From a virus (Duplodnaviria; Caudoviricetes): a stretch of 59,057 nucleotides of DNA. Location of the stretch: positions 1 through 59,057 of the IMG/VR virus record IMGVR_UViG_3300013005_000043. One strand, 5' to 3'. The notes under the pieces were generated by a model that saw only the letters and a program-made list of their open reading frames with translations, had not been told where the DNA came from and made no database searches. The stretch's first letter is position 1. Each line of letters begins with the position of its first letter. Shown piece by piece: positions 1 to 9,021 of this stretch. Both the position numbers and the translations under genes were made by a program.

Positions 1-1781
1 GTGATTTTAACACCCGATTGCCAGTTGAGCGTTTCATTTCCGCTGCTATCTTTAAGTTGACGATTTTGCCAATCAATTGATGTCTTATTGCCAGTGTCAA
101 TTGTAGTTCGGTTTTGCCAGTCTACTGAATTGTTGGAACCTGTATCTCGTAGTAGTCCGCCGCCCCAATTAACTGTGAATGCTCCCGGACCATTATCTAT
201 TTTTAGCAATCGATCGTTCCAGTTAACTGACTGCGAACTCACAGTATCAACTAATCTGCGACCCTCCCATGCGACACTAAGTATAGTACTACTATCATAT
301 AGATCTCTATCATCAGCATTAATGCTTGTTGATCCCATTATATCATTAATGGCCCTAGTGACTCCACTAAAATCTAATGCAGTTACATCAGTTAATCCAT
401 TAAATGTTTGTAAATTAAATGAACCAGTTACTCCCAATGAACCTGTAATTTCTGCACTTCCGGTATATGGGAACGTAGGTGTACTTGGAGCATATGATGC
501 ACTTGTAGCAAATGACGCAGATGCTACACTCAAAGAAGAAGTAGCTACTGCCGTTGGTGTTCCGATGCTATTACCTACTAAAGTATATCCTGGTTGTATG
601 TTTTGAATTTCAATTTGGCCAGGGTTAAGGATAACAGCTTGACCATTTATCCCTACTCTAGTTACAATGCCTAACAATTGCACACTATTAGGATATGGAG
701 GTCTAGAAGTTGTAATTCCACTTCCTGTGTTAGTAAATAATTCTTGTCCTGCTTGATATGCAGTTGTATTAATGTTTGTTAAAAGACCAGAAATCAATGC
801 TTTACCAGTACCACTAGGTGCGATAGTTTCACTTGCTATATAAGTAGCCGGCATTCTAGCCGGGTTAGATGCATCGGCTATATAAACATCGGAATTAGCA
901 CCGGTTGCTCCTGATACGAATAATGGTATTCCGGAAATAATAGAAGATGTTTCTCTATTCCTTACGGTTTCATACATTGATTTTACATACTGTAAGGATA
1001 AATTTCCTGCACCATCTGTTTGTATATAGGATTCATTGCCATTATCTGCACTAGGATATATTAATCCGCTAGCCGTTAAGCCAGTTGCTACGTTAAATTG
1101 TGTTGCATATGAAGATGTTGCTGCATACGAAGCACTTATTACGTTTTGTATAGAAGATGTGGCAATTGCTATTGCTACGCCATTTGCATTACCAACCCAC
1201 GTATAGCCTTGTTGTATATTTGGTAAATCATTATAATATCCGGGCCCGTTAATTACACCCGATCCATTAAGTGCAGATTTTTCAACGTTACCTAATTTTT
1301 GTACTAATATTGCAGACCCCGTTGGTCGTATGTTTGTATAGCCGCCGCCAGCAGCAACATAAACTGAATCACCAGCTGCAAATGCTGAAGTATTAACACC
1401 GTTTATAAATCCGTTAATTAACCCTAAACCTTCATCTCCATTATTTAATGTTTCGCCGGCAATTACACCTGCGGGCATTCTTAATGGATTTGAAGCATCT
1501 GCGGGCCATACGCCGGCAATGTTTCCTGAAGTGCCTGATCCAGTTATATAACAAGGGGTTCCTTTGGCAATAGTAACACCGGATACATTTTTAATTGAAA
1601 TAGCAGTATACTCTACATTAGAAAAAGATAAATTGCCAGCACCGTCTGTTTGTATGACTTGTCCAGATATACCATCAACTGTCGGATATATCAATCCACT
1701 CGCAGTAAGTGATGTGGTTACGTTTAATGAATTTAACGCGGCATCGGAGCCAGACGTTATGACCTTTTTCCAAGATGGCAT
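1..1781 (-). CDS. Tail-fibre-like virion protein, 3' end runs off the window (absent from the ORF track)
   Basis: Manual translation from ATG at 1781 gives MPSWKKVITSGSDAALNSLNVTTSLTASGLIYP... It is Gly/Ser/Thr-rich, with an internal duplication and S(V/I)(D/N)WxxRxLxD repeats. AAGGA lies upstream. The N-terminus resembles that of the 2064-2900 protein. Confidence 0.75.
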   Translation of the reverse strand, partial: MPSWKKVITSGSDAALNSLNVTTSLTASGLIYPTVDGISGQVIQTDGAGNLSFSNVEYTAISIKNVSGVTIAKGTPCYITGSGTSGNIAGVWPADASNPLRMPAGVIAGETLNNGDEGLGLINGFINGVNTSAFAAGDSVYVAAGGGYTNIRPTGSAILVQKLGNVEKSALNGSGVINGPGYYNDLPNIQQGYTWVGNANGVAIAIATSSIQNVISASYAATSSYATQFNVATGLTASGLIYPSADNGNESYIQTDGAGNLSLQYVKSMYETVRNRETSSIISGIPLFVSGATGANSDVYIADASNPARMPATYIASETIAPSGTGKALISGLLTNINTTAYQAGQELFTNTGSGITTSRPPYPNSVQLLGIVTRVGINGQAVILNPGQIEIQNIQPGYTLVGNSIGTPTAVATSSLSVASASFATSASYAPSTPTFPYTGSAEITGSLGVTGSFNLQTFNGLTDVTALDFSGVTRAINDIMGSTSINADDRDLYDSSTILSVAWEGRRLVDTVSSQSVNWNDRLLKIDNGPGAFTVNWGGGLLRDTGSNNSVDWQNRTTIDTGNKTSIDWQNRQLKDSSGNETLNWQSGVKI

Positions 1782-1796
1782 ATCGTTTTCCTTTTG

Positions 1797-1858
1797 TGTT
1801 GTGGTTGGTTACATACACTTATGCCGTGCGTGTGCCCACTTCCTTGCGGCCTACAACA
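1797..1858 (-). ncRNA. Candidate structured 5' leader RNA of the tail-fibre gene
   Basis: GC-rich non-coding patch between a late motif (1864-1872) and the SD/ATG. Outer stem TGTTGT(A)GG/CCACAACA, CC-GCAA-GG GNRA hairpin, and ACACGCAC/GTGTATGT hairpin. Confidence 0.55.
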
Positions 1859-1863
1859 TTTAA

Positions 1864-1872
1864 TATAAATAT
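1864..1872 (-). promoter_or_regulatory. Putative late promoter motif ATATTTATA
   Basis: One of many ATATTTAT copies on the sense strand just upstream of structural genes. Confidence 0.65.
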
Positions 1873-2048
1873 CATTGTTTTAGATATTGCTCTTGTAATT
1901 TTAGTATGATATTGTAGAATGTTTCTACTTGATCACCGCGCACAGAAACATCTTTTAATAACAACAACAAAAATTCGATTTCTTGTTTTGTTAAATGAAT
2001 GTGCGTTTCGGGTTTAGATGCTGATTTTAATTTGTCAATTATGCTCAT
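1872..2048 (-). CDS. Small hypothetical protein, 58 aa (absent from the ORF track)
   Basis: MSIIDKLKSASKPETHIHLTKQEIEFLLLLLKDVSVRGDQVETFYNIILKLQEQYLKQ*. Fills the gap between two genes and has an AGTTATG start context. Confidence 0.75.
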   Translation of the reverse strand: MSIIDKLKSASKPETHIHLTKQEIEFLLLLLKDVSVRGDQVETFYNIILKLQEQYLKQ

Positions 2049-2063
2049 AACTAGTTATTTATT

Positions 2064-2900
2064 TTATGAATAAATGTATATATCTCCGGTATTAGTATCA
2101 ACATGTATTGTTCCAAAGCCATTACTAACACCACCGTAAACTGGTGCAGCACTTGGTGAAGTTAAACTAGCTTCTACGCCACCTGCATAAACTGCCGGAG
2201 AAAATGAATTGCTTGTTGCATTAAATGATGAAGTGAATCCCCATCGTGTAGTACCAGAATCGTATCCGTATAGTTCCCCAATGTTTTGCGTACCTTGTTG
2301 TATAACAATACCACCATCTCCGGTTGTATTTGATCCAGAAGCAAACAATACAAATCGATCACCTACTAGTAAATTTTGTGTATTTTGGAATGATGCTGTA
2401 CCTAATACAACTAAATCACCTGTCAATGTTAATCCAACAAATGTAGGAGAATCTCCTGTTTCCAATCCTAAATCGATTGTCGATCCAGCTACACCATTTG
2501 TTGTAAGTAATGCTTGCCCTTGAGCTGGACTCGATAATACTGATGCAGATACTACTGAGCTGCCTGCTAATATTTGTGCTTGAGTAATGCTATCACCTAA
2601 ATCAACAGAAACGCCTGCGATTGTTATTTCGGAATTAAGTATGCTAGTGTTTGGAATAAGACTTAAACCAAATGTTAGTGTATCGTTAAGTGGATTAGCT
2701 GATATAGTTAAACCTTGACCTGACGAAGATGCAAATGATAAACTTGCGGTTGTACTACCAGCAATTAAATTTGTTCCATTAAATGATGCGGTACTATAAG
2801 CATTTTTTGCTCCTAACGTTCCTGCAGTTAGATATCCAGCATCGTTATTTAATTGTGAAATATTACTACCCGATACTACTACTTTTTTCCAAGTTGCCAT
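2064..2900 (-). CDS. Tail-fibre-associated structural protein
   Basis: 278 aa, G/S/T-rich beta-type composition, MATWKKVVVSGS N-terminus, late motif at 2921-2928. Confidence 0.65.
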   Translation of the reverse strand: MATWKKVVVSGSNISQLNNDAGYLTAGTLGAKNAYSTASFNGTNLIAGSTTASLSFASSSGQGLTISANPLNDTLTFGLSLIPNTSILNSEITIAGVSVDLGDSITQAQILAGSSVVSASVLSSPAQGQALLTTNGVAGSTIDLGLETGDSPTFVGLTLTGDLVVLGTASFQNTQNLLVGDRFVLFASGSNTTGDGGIVIQQGTQNIGELYGYDSGTTRWGFTSSFNATSNSFSPAVYAGGVEASLTSPSAAPVYGGVSNGFGTIHVDTNTGDIYIYS

Positions 2901-2933
2901 GTTTTATGTTCCTATTTTATATAAATATAAGCA

Positions 2934-3266
2934 TCAATCTAAACCTACAAAAAAAGATCCAGATGTAAAATACATTCCGCCATTTGGTGCCGTACTTGTT
3001 AATTCAATGCTTTGCGTTGCTATAATTACTACTCCACTTTGTGATACTGTTAATATTGGTTGATTATTAAAATTTTTAATTAAAAATATATTGTTTATGT
3101 CACTTCTAATTTCCAATGAACCGGTGATTACTGCACTACCGGAGAATGGAAATGTATTTCCGCCGCCGCCGCCATTTAAAGCAAATGATGCAGTAATGGC
3201 ATAACTAGAAGAAATATTAAATAAAGATCCGGTTTGTAATTGTCCGGGTCTAAACTGACGTGCCAT
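2934..3266 (-). CDS. Small virion structural protein
   Basis: Likely start MARQFRPGQ, coupled by TAATG to the upstream stop. SASYA-like and FPFSGSAVITGSL motifs are typical of fibre proteins. Confidence 0.6.
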   Translation of the reverse strand: MARQFRPGQLQTGSLFNISSSYAITASFALNGGGGGNTFPFSGSAVITGSLEIRSDINNIFLIKNFNNQPILTVSQSGVVIIATQSIELTSTAPNGGMYFTSGSFFVGLD

Positions 3267-4489
3267 TATTGCCATCTCCCTTTAACTACAACAACATCTT
3301 GTGCATTAAGCGTATATCCTAATTCTGCAGTATCAAATACAATTGTTTGCGTTGTGATATCACTAGGTGTCCATGTATATACTGCTTTATCAATGTATTG
3401 TCCATTAATGAATATATCAAATTCATTTTTAGATGCAATTGCCAATGTTACTGGATTAATTGCAGCAAATGATGAAATTGTTACGGTAGTTGCATTTGAA
3501 TATGTTGCAATTTTTTCGGTTATATTAGTTAAATACGTCATTGCTTGTGCATTGATACTAACATTGACTCCGCCGCCTGATATAATTGCAGTGCCGCCGC
3601 TCATTATATTAGTTTGCAGCTGTAATAACTGAGCTGGAATTTCTAATGTTTCAAATATGTTGTTATCAACATCAACAACTTGATCAAATGTTACTTTCTT
3701 TATAGAATACATTTTCTTAATGGTTGACATTCGAACTTCTTGTTCTGATAACAATGTTCCTAAAACAGATAATGGAATTGATGCTCGAACTAATCGATCT
3801 TCTCCAATCGTATTTACCGTTTCAAATGATATTGATCCGATAGTTGTAGGAAATTTATTTGCATCATTTCCCCAAGAAAATCGACCATATGGTAAAATTT
3901 GATCAACTAATTCATTCATTTGTGTAGTAAAATCACACCATAACATCATATCATATTCTACAGTAACATATTTTGGTATATCAATAATATAAAATTGTTC
4001 TGATGGTTGCGGATTATTTTTTGGAATTGGAAACAATTCATCTTCATATCTATTTCTAGAATTATATTTACTTCGATGTACTATATAGTTTGCTGCATTA
4101 GGTCTGTTCACATCCAATGTTTTTTGTGCATCTCTTTCTCCTACAGAATTACGTTTTAGCATAATTAATGGAGATTGCAACATGCCCTTTTCATCACGTA
4201 AATAGCCTAATCTACGTACATTATCCCATTTTTCTCCGTTTGAAAATATCACCGGAACTGGTACTAATTCTTTATTCGCAGTTACTTGTGGTTGAATTTC
4301 ATTTTCAATATACCATTTAATTGCAAAATCAATATCGTAAATTGTTCTTTGTTTTGTTCGAACAACATCATCATCCCGACGAGTTTGCATTGCTCTGTTT
4401 AACGATAGATCAGGCGTTATTCCTTCCGTTCTTTGCGGATTTGGTTTATTTGTTTTTCTATCAATATCCTGTCTATTTAATCTAGGCAT
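3266..4489 (-). CDS. Tail completion / sheath stabilizer (T4 gp15-like) with C-terminal extension
   Basis: 407 aa following two neck genes. VPVIFSNGEKW...PLIMLKR and QMNELVDQILPY resemble gp15-family motifs. Confidence 0.6.
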   Translation of the reverse strand: MPRLNRQDIDRKTNKPNPQRTEGITPDLSLNRAMQTRRDDDVVRTKQRTIYDIDFAIKWYIENEIQPQVTANKELVPVPVIFSNGEKWDNVRRLGYLRDEKGMLQSPLIMLKRNSVGERDAQKTLDVNRPNAANYIVHRSKYNSRNRYEDELFPIPKNNPQPSEQFYIIDIPKYVTVEYDMMLWCDFTTQMNELVDQILPYGRFSWGNDANKFPTTIGSISFETVNTIGEDRLVRASIPLSVLGTLLSEQEVRMSTIKKMYSIKKVTFDQVVDVDNNIFETLEIPAQLLQLQTNIMSGGTAIISGGGVNVSINAQAMTYLTNITEKIATYSNATTVTISSFAAINPVTLAIASKNEFDIFINGQYIDKAVYTWTPSDITTQTIVFDTAELGYTLNAQDVVVVKGRWQ

Positions 4490-4491
4490 TA

Positions 4492-5007
4492 TTATCCTTT
4501 AAATGAAAATGCGTTATCTCCGCCTCGTCTTAAATTTTTAATACCCAATGGCGTTTGTCTTGTTGCATGTGCATTACACATAATAGAAACACTATAACCA
4601 TGACTATCACCATTTGGCCATGTTTCTGGATTTTTTCCTACAAAGTATTTGTTTGCATCGATACTATCTAATTCATAGTATTCATTATCCCAAAATACAA
4701 TGTCGCCAGCTTCTGGATAAAATCCTGCCCGTTCTACTAAATCTCTAGATACGCCAAAGGTCAATGTTCTTGTATATGAATGTCCGTAATCATCCATAGT
4801 TGATGATTTATCATCTTTAGTTATAATACATGGCAATAAGATTGAATCATAATATGATTTAGAATCAGATTCTCCGTATATATTAGATTCGGTTGTATCT
4901 AAAATCAATTTATAGAATTCAATTTCAGTATCAACAACTGCATTAATTATTTCTTTATTAATTGATGCTAAAAATTTAGCATCTCGCATTGTTCCAAATA
5001 GTGCCAT
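4492..5007 (-). CDS. Neck / head-closure protein (gp14-like)
   Basis: 171 aa with NIYGES and YPEAGDIVFWDNEYYE motifs, syntenic after a gp13-like gene. Confidence 0.65.
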   Translation of the reverse strand: MALFGTMRDAKFLASINKEIINAVVDTEIEFYKLILDTTESNIYGESDSKSYYDSILLPCIITKDDKSSTMDDYGHSYTRTLTFGVSRDLVERAGFYPEAGDIVFWDNEYYELDSIDANKYFVGKNPETWPNGDSHGYSVSIMCNAHATRQTPLGIKNLRRGGDNAFSFKG

Positions 5008-5016
5008 GGTTTCTCC

Positions 5017-6243
5017 TTATGCAACATATATTTTTAATGGAATCTTTGCTTGCATTTCTAATAATTGCGTTGCTTCTGCATTCTGTCTTGTTATCATTTG
5101 TTCTCGAGTCATTTTTTCTAAAAATTCTCGAAGTTGAGTTATCAATGTTTCTTTTTCCGATTGGCCTTGTGATGTTAAATCAGCACCATTAAGTGTTACC
5201 TCACCATTTGGAATAGGAATACTACTGTATTTATTACGTATAAAGCCTAACATTTCTTTTGATAATGCTAATGCATATCTAAATATCCACGCACGCCCCA
5301 TATCATTAATTCTACTGTATGTTTGATAGTTATATGGTATATTTGATGCGTCCGTAATAACACCTCGCATAAGTGCTGTATTGCCAAATAAGACGGCTTC
5401 ATTAGTTTTGCCATCATCGAAAATAACATCAACAAATACTTTATCAAAAAATGGTGTTGCAGATGACGATCCGGTTGGACGTACTGGCACTGGCCAAAAT
5501 TTAATATCATCTCCATGTATTTCAAATGAATATTGAGATTTTCTAATTTGATCATTAAATTCAATCGATTGCAATCTCATCAAATCTGCATGTATTGGCA
5601 TCATCATAAATGATACTGATGGTGAAAATCCACCAAAATCAAATGCATCAAGCAACTGTTGCGAACCTAAGCCTGTTCCCACAAATGGATCAAAATATCT
5701 TACGATAGCAGGTGGAGCATTATGAATTACTCGTTTTATTTCAACCGAACTAGTAGTTAAAATAATACCTAATGATTTAGATACTGCAGTTCGTATGCTA
5801 TACGTTTGTTGTCCGGGTTGAATATCAAACTGTACGGTATGCCATTTTAAGTTACCGCCGCTGTCTGCTTCAGTTCCATATGCTTTTGATAGTTTAGAAA
5901 CATATCCAAATGAATTTCCAATCAATGCATCGGTAAAACTATTTCCGGATAAGAAGCTTGATCCGGTTTGGACTCCTAACGTACTATATAAATTATTAGC
6001 AATATTTACTTGGTTTACTTGATTTGAATATTCAACTACTGCAGCTTCTAATGCTGTATAAAAATTTACAGCTTGAAGTTCAACATCTAAAATTGGATAT
6101 CCTAATGTTTGAGCTGCCATTTTGGCAAACTTATCTGCATGAGATTGAAATGTAGCATCAGTATCAAAAAATCCAAATGGAGTACTACCAGTTGTAAATG
6201 AAGAACTGCCGGGCCAAATTGGGCGATTTTCTGAATAATCCAT
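5017..6243 (-). CDS. Neck protein (gp13-like)
   Basis: 408 aa with LGYPILDVEL at the N-terminus and WIFRYALALSKEMLGFIRNKYSSIPIPNGEVTLNG at the C-terminus, typical of gp13. Confidence 0.8.
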   Translation of the reverse strand: MDYSENRPIWPGSSSFTTGSTPFGFFDTDATFQSHADKFAKMAAQTLGYPILDVELQAVNFYTALEAAVVEYSNQVNQVNIANNLYSTLGVQTGSSFLSGNSFTDALIGNSFGYVSKLSKAYGTEADSGGNLKWHTVQFDIQPGQQTYSIRTAVSKSLGIILTTSSVEIKRVIHNAPPAIVRYFDPFVGTGLGSQQLLDAFDFGGFSPSVSFMMMPIHADLMRLQSIEFNDQIRKSQYSFEIHGDDIKFWPVPVRPTGSSSATPFFDKVFVDVIFDDGKTNEAVLFGNTALMRGVITDASNIPYNYQTYSRINDMGRAWIFRYALALSKEMLGFIRNKYSSIPIPNGEVTLNGADLTSQGQSEKETLITQLREFLEKMTREQMITRQNAEATQLLEMQAKIPLKIYVA

Positions 6244-6269
6244 CTCTACACTTCCTTTTCATATAAATA

Positions 6270-6935
6270 TCAGTATGTTTCGTTTAGAAGTTTCAAAATT
6301 TCATTTAATGATTCATGTCGATGATTATCTAATAAAATGATTTCATTAACATATTTTGACTTAGTCAATTTAGGAACTTCATGTACTGCTGAATCATTAC
6401 CAAATTTTAAATCTATTTGATATCGATCACCTGTTAATATCATAATACTTTCTTTACCTAAACGAGATACAACCATTTGAAGTTGTTGTTTAGTTAAATT
6501 TTGAAATTCATCTACAATACATACTGCATGATCAAATGTACGACCTCTAAAATGTGCTAAAGAAACTAATTCAATATTTTCTTCTTTTTCCATTTTTTCT
6601 AAAATTTCTGGTTTATTATAAACCTTACGCATATTACTACGTAGTGGCACTAACCATGGTTCCATTTTTTCTGATAATGATCCAGGTAAGAATCCGTTAT
6701 CTTCGTTTGATACTGTTGGTCTTGTTATAATAATTTTATTGATTTGTCTTTTAAAAAATAAATCTAATGCAACTTGTACTGCTAACAATGTTTTACCAGA
6801 TCCAGCTTTACCTAAAATAAAATTAAATGGTGTTTGTAATATTTTTGATTTTGCTTGTTTTTGTTCTTCTGACAATGTGATGGAAAACTTAACATCGGTT
6901 TTTGGTGGAGTTTTCTCTCGATTCTGAGTAGTCAT
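6270..6935 (-). CDS. phoH: PhoH-family ATPase
   Basis: Walker A GKAGSGKT, GFLPG, RGRTF, DEFQN and GDxxQID motifs. Confidence 0.95.
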   Translation of the reverse strand: MTTQNREKTPPKTDVKFSITLSEEQKQAKSKILQTPFNFILGKAGSGKTLLAVQVALDLFFKRQINKIIITRPTVSNEDNGFLPGSLSEKMEPWLVPLRSNMRKVYNKPEILEKMEKEENIELVSLAHFRGRTFDHAVCIVDEFQNLTKQQLQMVVSRLGKESIMILTGDRYQIDLKFGNDSAVHEVPKLTKSKYVNEIILLDNHRHESLNEILKLLNETY

Positions 6936-6956
6936 AACTAACCTTGTTTTAATTTG

Positions 6957-7232
6957 TTAAAATAATTTTGTAAGTGTCGATTGTTGAAGATTCATATCTT
7001 TTAATGTTTCAATTTTACCTAAACACATTTTTCGTATAGCAAAAAACGTTTGTTTTGGCGGATATGGCGTCATAACTTTTATTTTAATTAATTCTTTATC
7101 TGGTCCTAAATCTCGTTCTATATGTACCATTAAAACTAATCGTATAGCTCGAATTCGATCTAATACATCGATAAGACGACCTGCATATCGTATTTCTGCA
7201 AACATTTCGTATTTATGTCTTTCTACTGCCAT
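6957..7232 (-). CDS. Hypothetical protein
   Basis: Start reassigned to MAVERHKY (7232), because AAGGA and a late motif (7244-7252) precede it and the longer ORF overlaps a terminator. Confidence 0.7.
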   Translation of the reverse strand: MAVERHKYEMFAEIRYAGRLIDVLDRIRAIRLVLMVHIERDLGPDKELIKIKVMTPYPPKQTFFAIRKMCLGKIETLKDMNLQQSTLTKLF

Positions 7233-7261
7233 GTTTCCTTTAATATAAATATACAACCAGT

Positions 7262-7289
7262 AAAAAAGGGTGACCGGAGCCACCCTTTC
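7262..7289 (-). terminator. Intrinsic terminator after the major capsid gene
   Basis: AAAGGGTGGC-TCCG-GTCACCCTTT followed by a T-run and ACT. Confidence 0.85.
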
Positions 7290-7338
7290 ATTTTTAATTA
7301 GTTAATTCGTTAAATTAAAAGCTAATCGAAGTTAACTA

Positions 7339-8991
7339 TTAAAGCGTGTTAAGACCGTGAACGTATACTTTTCCGTAGAATTCAGGACGAACTACTTGTT
7401 TTGCGTAACGAGTCATCACACCTTTACGTGGAGTGAAGTTAACTGGATCGTATACAAGTGGAGTCATGATTAACGGAATATATGGAGCAAATACCGCACC
7501 CGTTTCAAGGAACTGAGAACCTCTAAAGCCCATCAAGATTACATTTTCTTTCATGTATGGGTTTTTGTAAACGGTATAACGGTTGTTGATTGCACCAATT
7601 TTTTGTACACCGGCAGCAAATTCCATTTTAGTACCATCTGTGTCGGCAGCAAATCCTGGGATAGACTCAAGGATAGTTGCAACTGCTGGAGACGTTACTA
7701 AGAAGTTAGCACCACCACGTAATGTTTTTTGGTGAATTTTATTAGATACTTTTTGAAGTTTTGTACCTAAAGTTTGGAACCATCCACCTTGGGTGTTATA
7801 GAATCCATCACCTAAATTTTGGTTAGCCGTACCAGCTGCCAAAGTTGTAAATGCAGTACCATCAAAAATTGTGTTGTTTCGAGCTGACCAATATTCAGTT
7901 GTTGGAGCTGCTGAAATCAACATATCAAGGATCTCAAGGTCGATTTCCATTGATACATACTCAGACAACATTGAAGTCAATTCAGCCTCAGCATCAATTG
8001 AGTGATATGCATTAAGGTCTTGAGCGAATTCAGGTGTCCATACAGCCTTTAACTTACGTGTTTTAGCAACAATTGGGTTAGACTGCATTTCAAGGTTAAT
8101 TTCTGGAATATCGATATCAGTGTTGTATCCGTTTCCGTAAGCACCTTTATTGTCTTCAAAATCACCTCTAGTAATATCTGTAGGCTGTTTGCTATAATTG
8201 ATTTTTAAATTACCAGCATCGATAGCTAATTGAACTGCTGCAAATTGAGCAGAACCAGATAATACAAATGATGCAGTGAAGTTAGAATTCACAGTCGAAA
8301 ATGCTTGAACTGGAACAATTTCAGCAGCACCAGAACCAGATGCTAATGTAAATGAACGAACTGCATATAGGTCAGCATCGGTTGGAATGTTAACTGTTAA
8401 CATTTTGTAATTAGCTGAACCTGAATATGTAGTATCACCATTGATTTGAGCTACGGTTGGAGTAGATCCAGTTGCAGCAGTTACAGCTGATGAAGTGTAT
8501 GCATTGATTGAATAACCAAAACGTCCTGCTCCATAAAGACCGCCGCTTGGGTCACCTGCTGTAGTGGTAACACCAAACATTGAGTCATCAGCATTTGGAG
8601 AACCAAATGGATCACCGGTACGGTTATTATTATCAGCATCAAATCCAGGTTGAGCTGTACCATATTTAAAGTCTAGATAAAATACAAGACCCGATGGCAA
8701 GTTCATTGGTTGAACTGAAACGAATTCTTTTGCAGCAAATTCAGCAAAAATACGACGTACCAATGGAAGTGCTACACCTGCCCACTCTTCTGAACCAGCT
8801 GATGTTCCTGTTGCAGAAGCTTCTTTTACTAATTGACGTGCTTGGTTTTCAAGCAATTGTGCCATACCAGCACGTTCAGTCTCACCGCGAAGACCTTCTA
8901 ATAGACCCGTTCTCTCCCACTTTGCAGCCAAAGCTTTTGCATTGTTTCGTTGAACAAAGTCATTTGTTTGAAGTAAGTTTGAAATACTCAT
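7339..8991 (-). CDS. Major capsid protein (T4 gp23-like)
   Basis: 550 aa with VQPMNLPSGLVFYL, AKTRKLKAVWTPEFAQDLNAYH, YIPL and FTPRKGVMTRY gp23 motifs. Confidence 0.97.
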   Translation of the reverse strand: MSISNLLQTNDFVQRNNAKALAAKWERTGLLEGLRGETERAGMAQLLENQARQLVKEASATGTSAGSEEWAGVALPLVRRIFAEFAAKEFVSVQPMNLPSGLVFYLDFKYGTAQPGFDADNNNRTGDPFGSPNADDSMFGVTTTAGDPSGGLYGAGRFGYSINAYTSSAVTAATGSTPTVAQINGDTTYSGSANYKMLTVNIPTDADLYAVRSFTLASGSGAAEIVPVQAFSTVNSNFTASFVLSGSAQFAAVQLAIDAGNLKINYSKQPTDITRGDFEDNKGAYGNGYNTDIDIPEINLEMQSNPIVAKTRKLKAVWTPEFAQDLNAYHSIDAEAELTSMLSEYVSMEIDLEILDMLISAAPTTEYWSARNNTIFDGTAFTTLAAGTANQNLGDGFYNTQGGWFQTLGTKLQKVSNKIHQKTLRGGANFLVTSPAVATILESIPGFAADTDGTKMEFAAGVQKIGAINNRYTVYKNPYMKENVILMGFRGSQFLETGAVFAPYIPLIMTPLVYDPVNFTPRKGVMTRYAKQVVRPEFYGKVYVHGLNTL

Positions 8992-9021
8992 CTTTTTTCC
9001 TTTGTTTTTGTTTTTTTATTG

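Noticed and set aside
1797-1858. tRNA, hammerhead ribozyme or terminator as an explanation of the GC-rich leader
   Set aside because: No T-loop GTTC or cloverleaf, no CTGATGA core, and no U-tract on the coding strand.
88-1863. Plus-strand ORFs 88-606 and 1564-1863
   Set aside because: They are antisense shadows of the minus-strand fibre gene, which the track missed because it has no stop in the window.
1-2900. Diversity-generating retroelement acting on the fibre genes
   Set aside because: No reverse transcriptase in the window, and no near-identical repeat pair differing at adenines.
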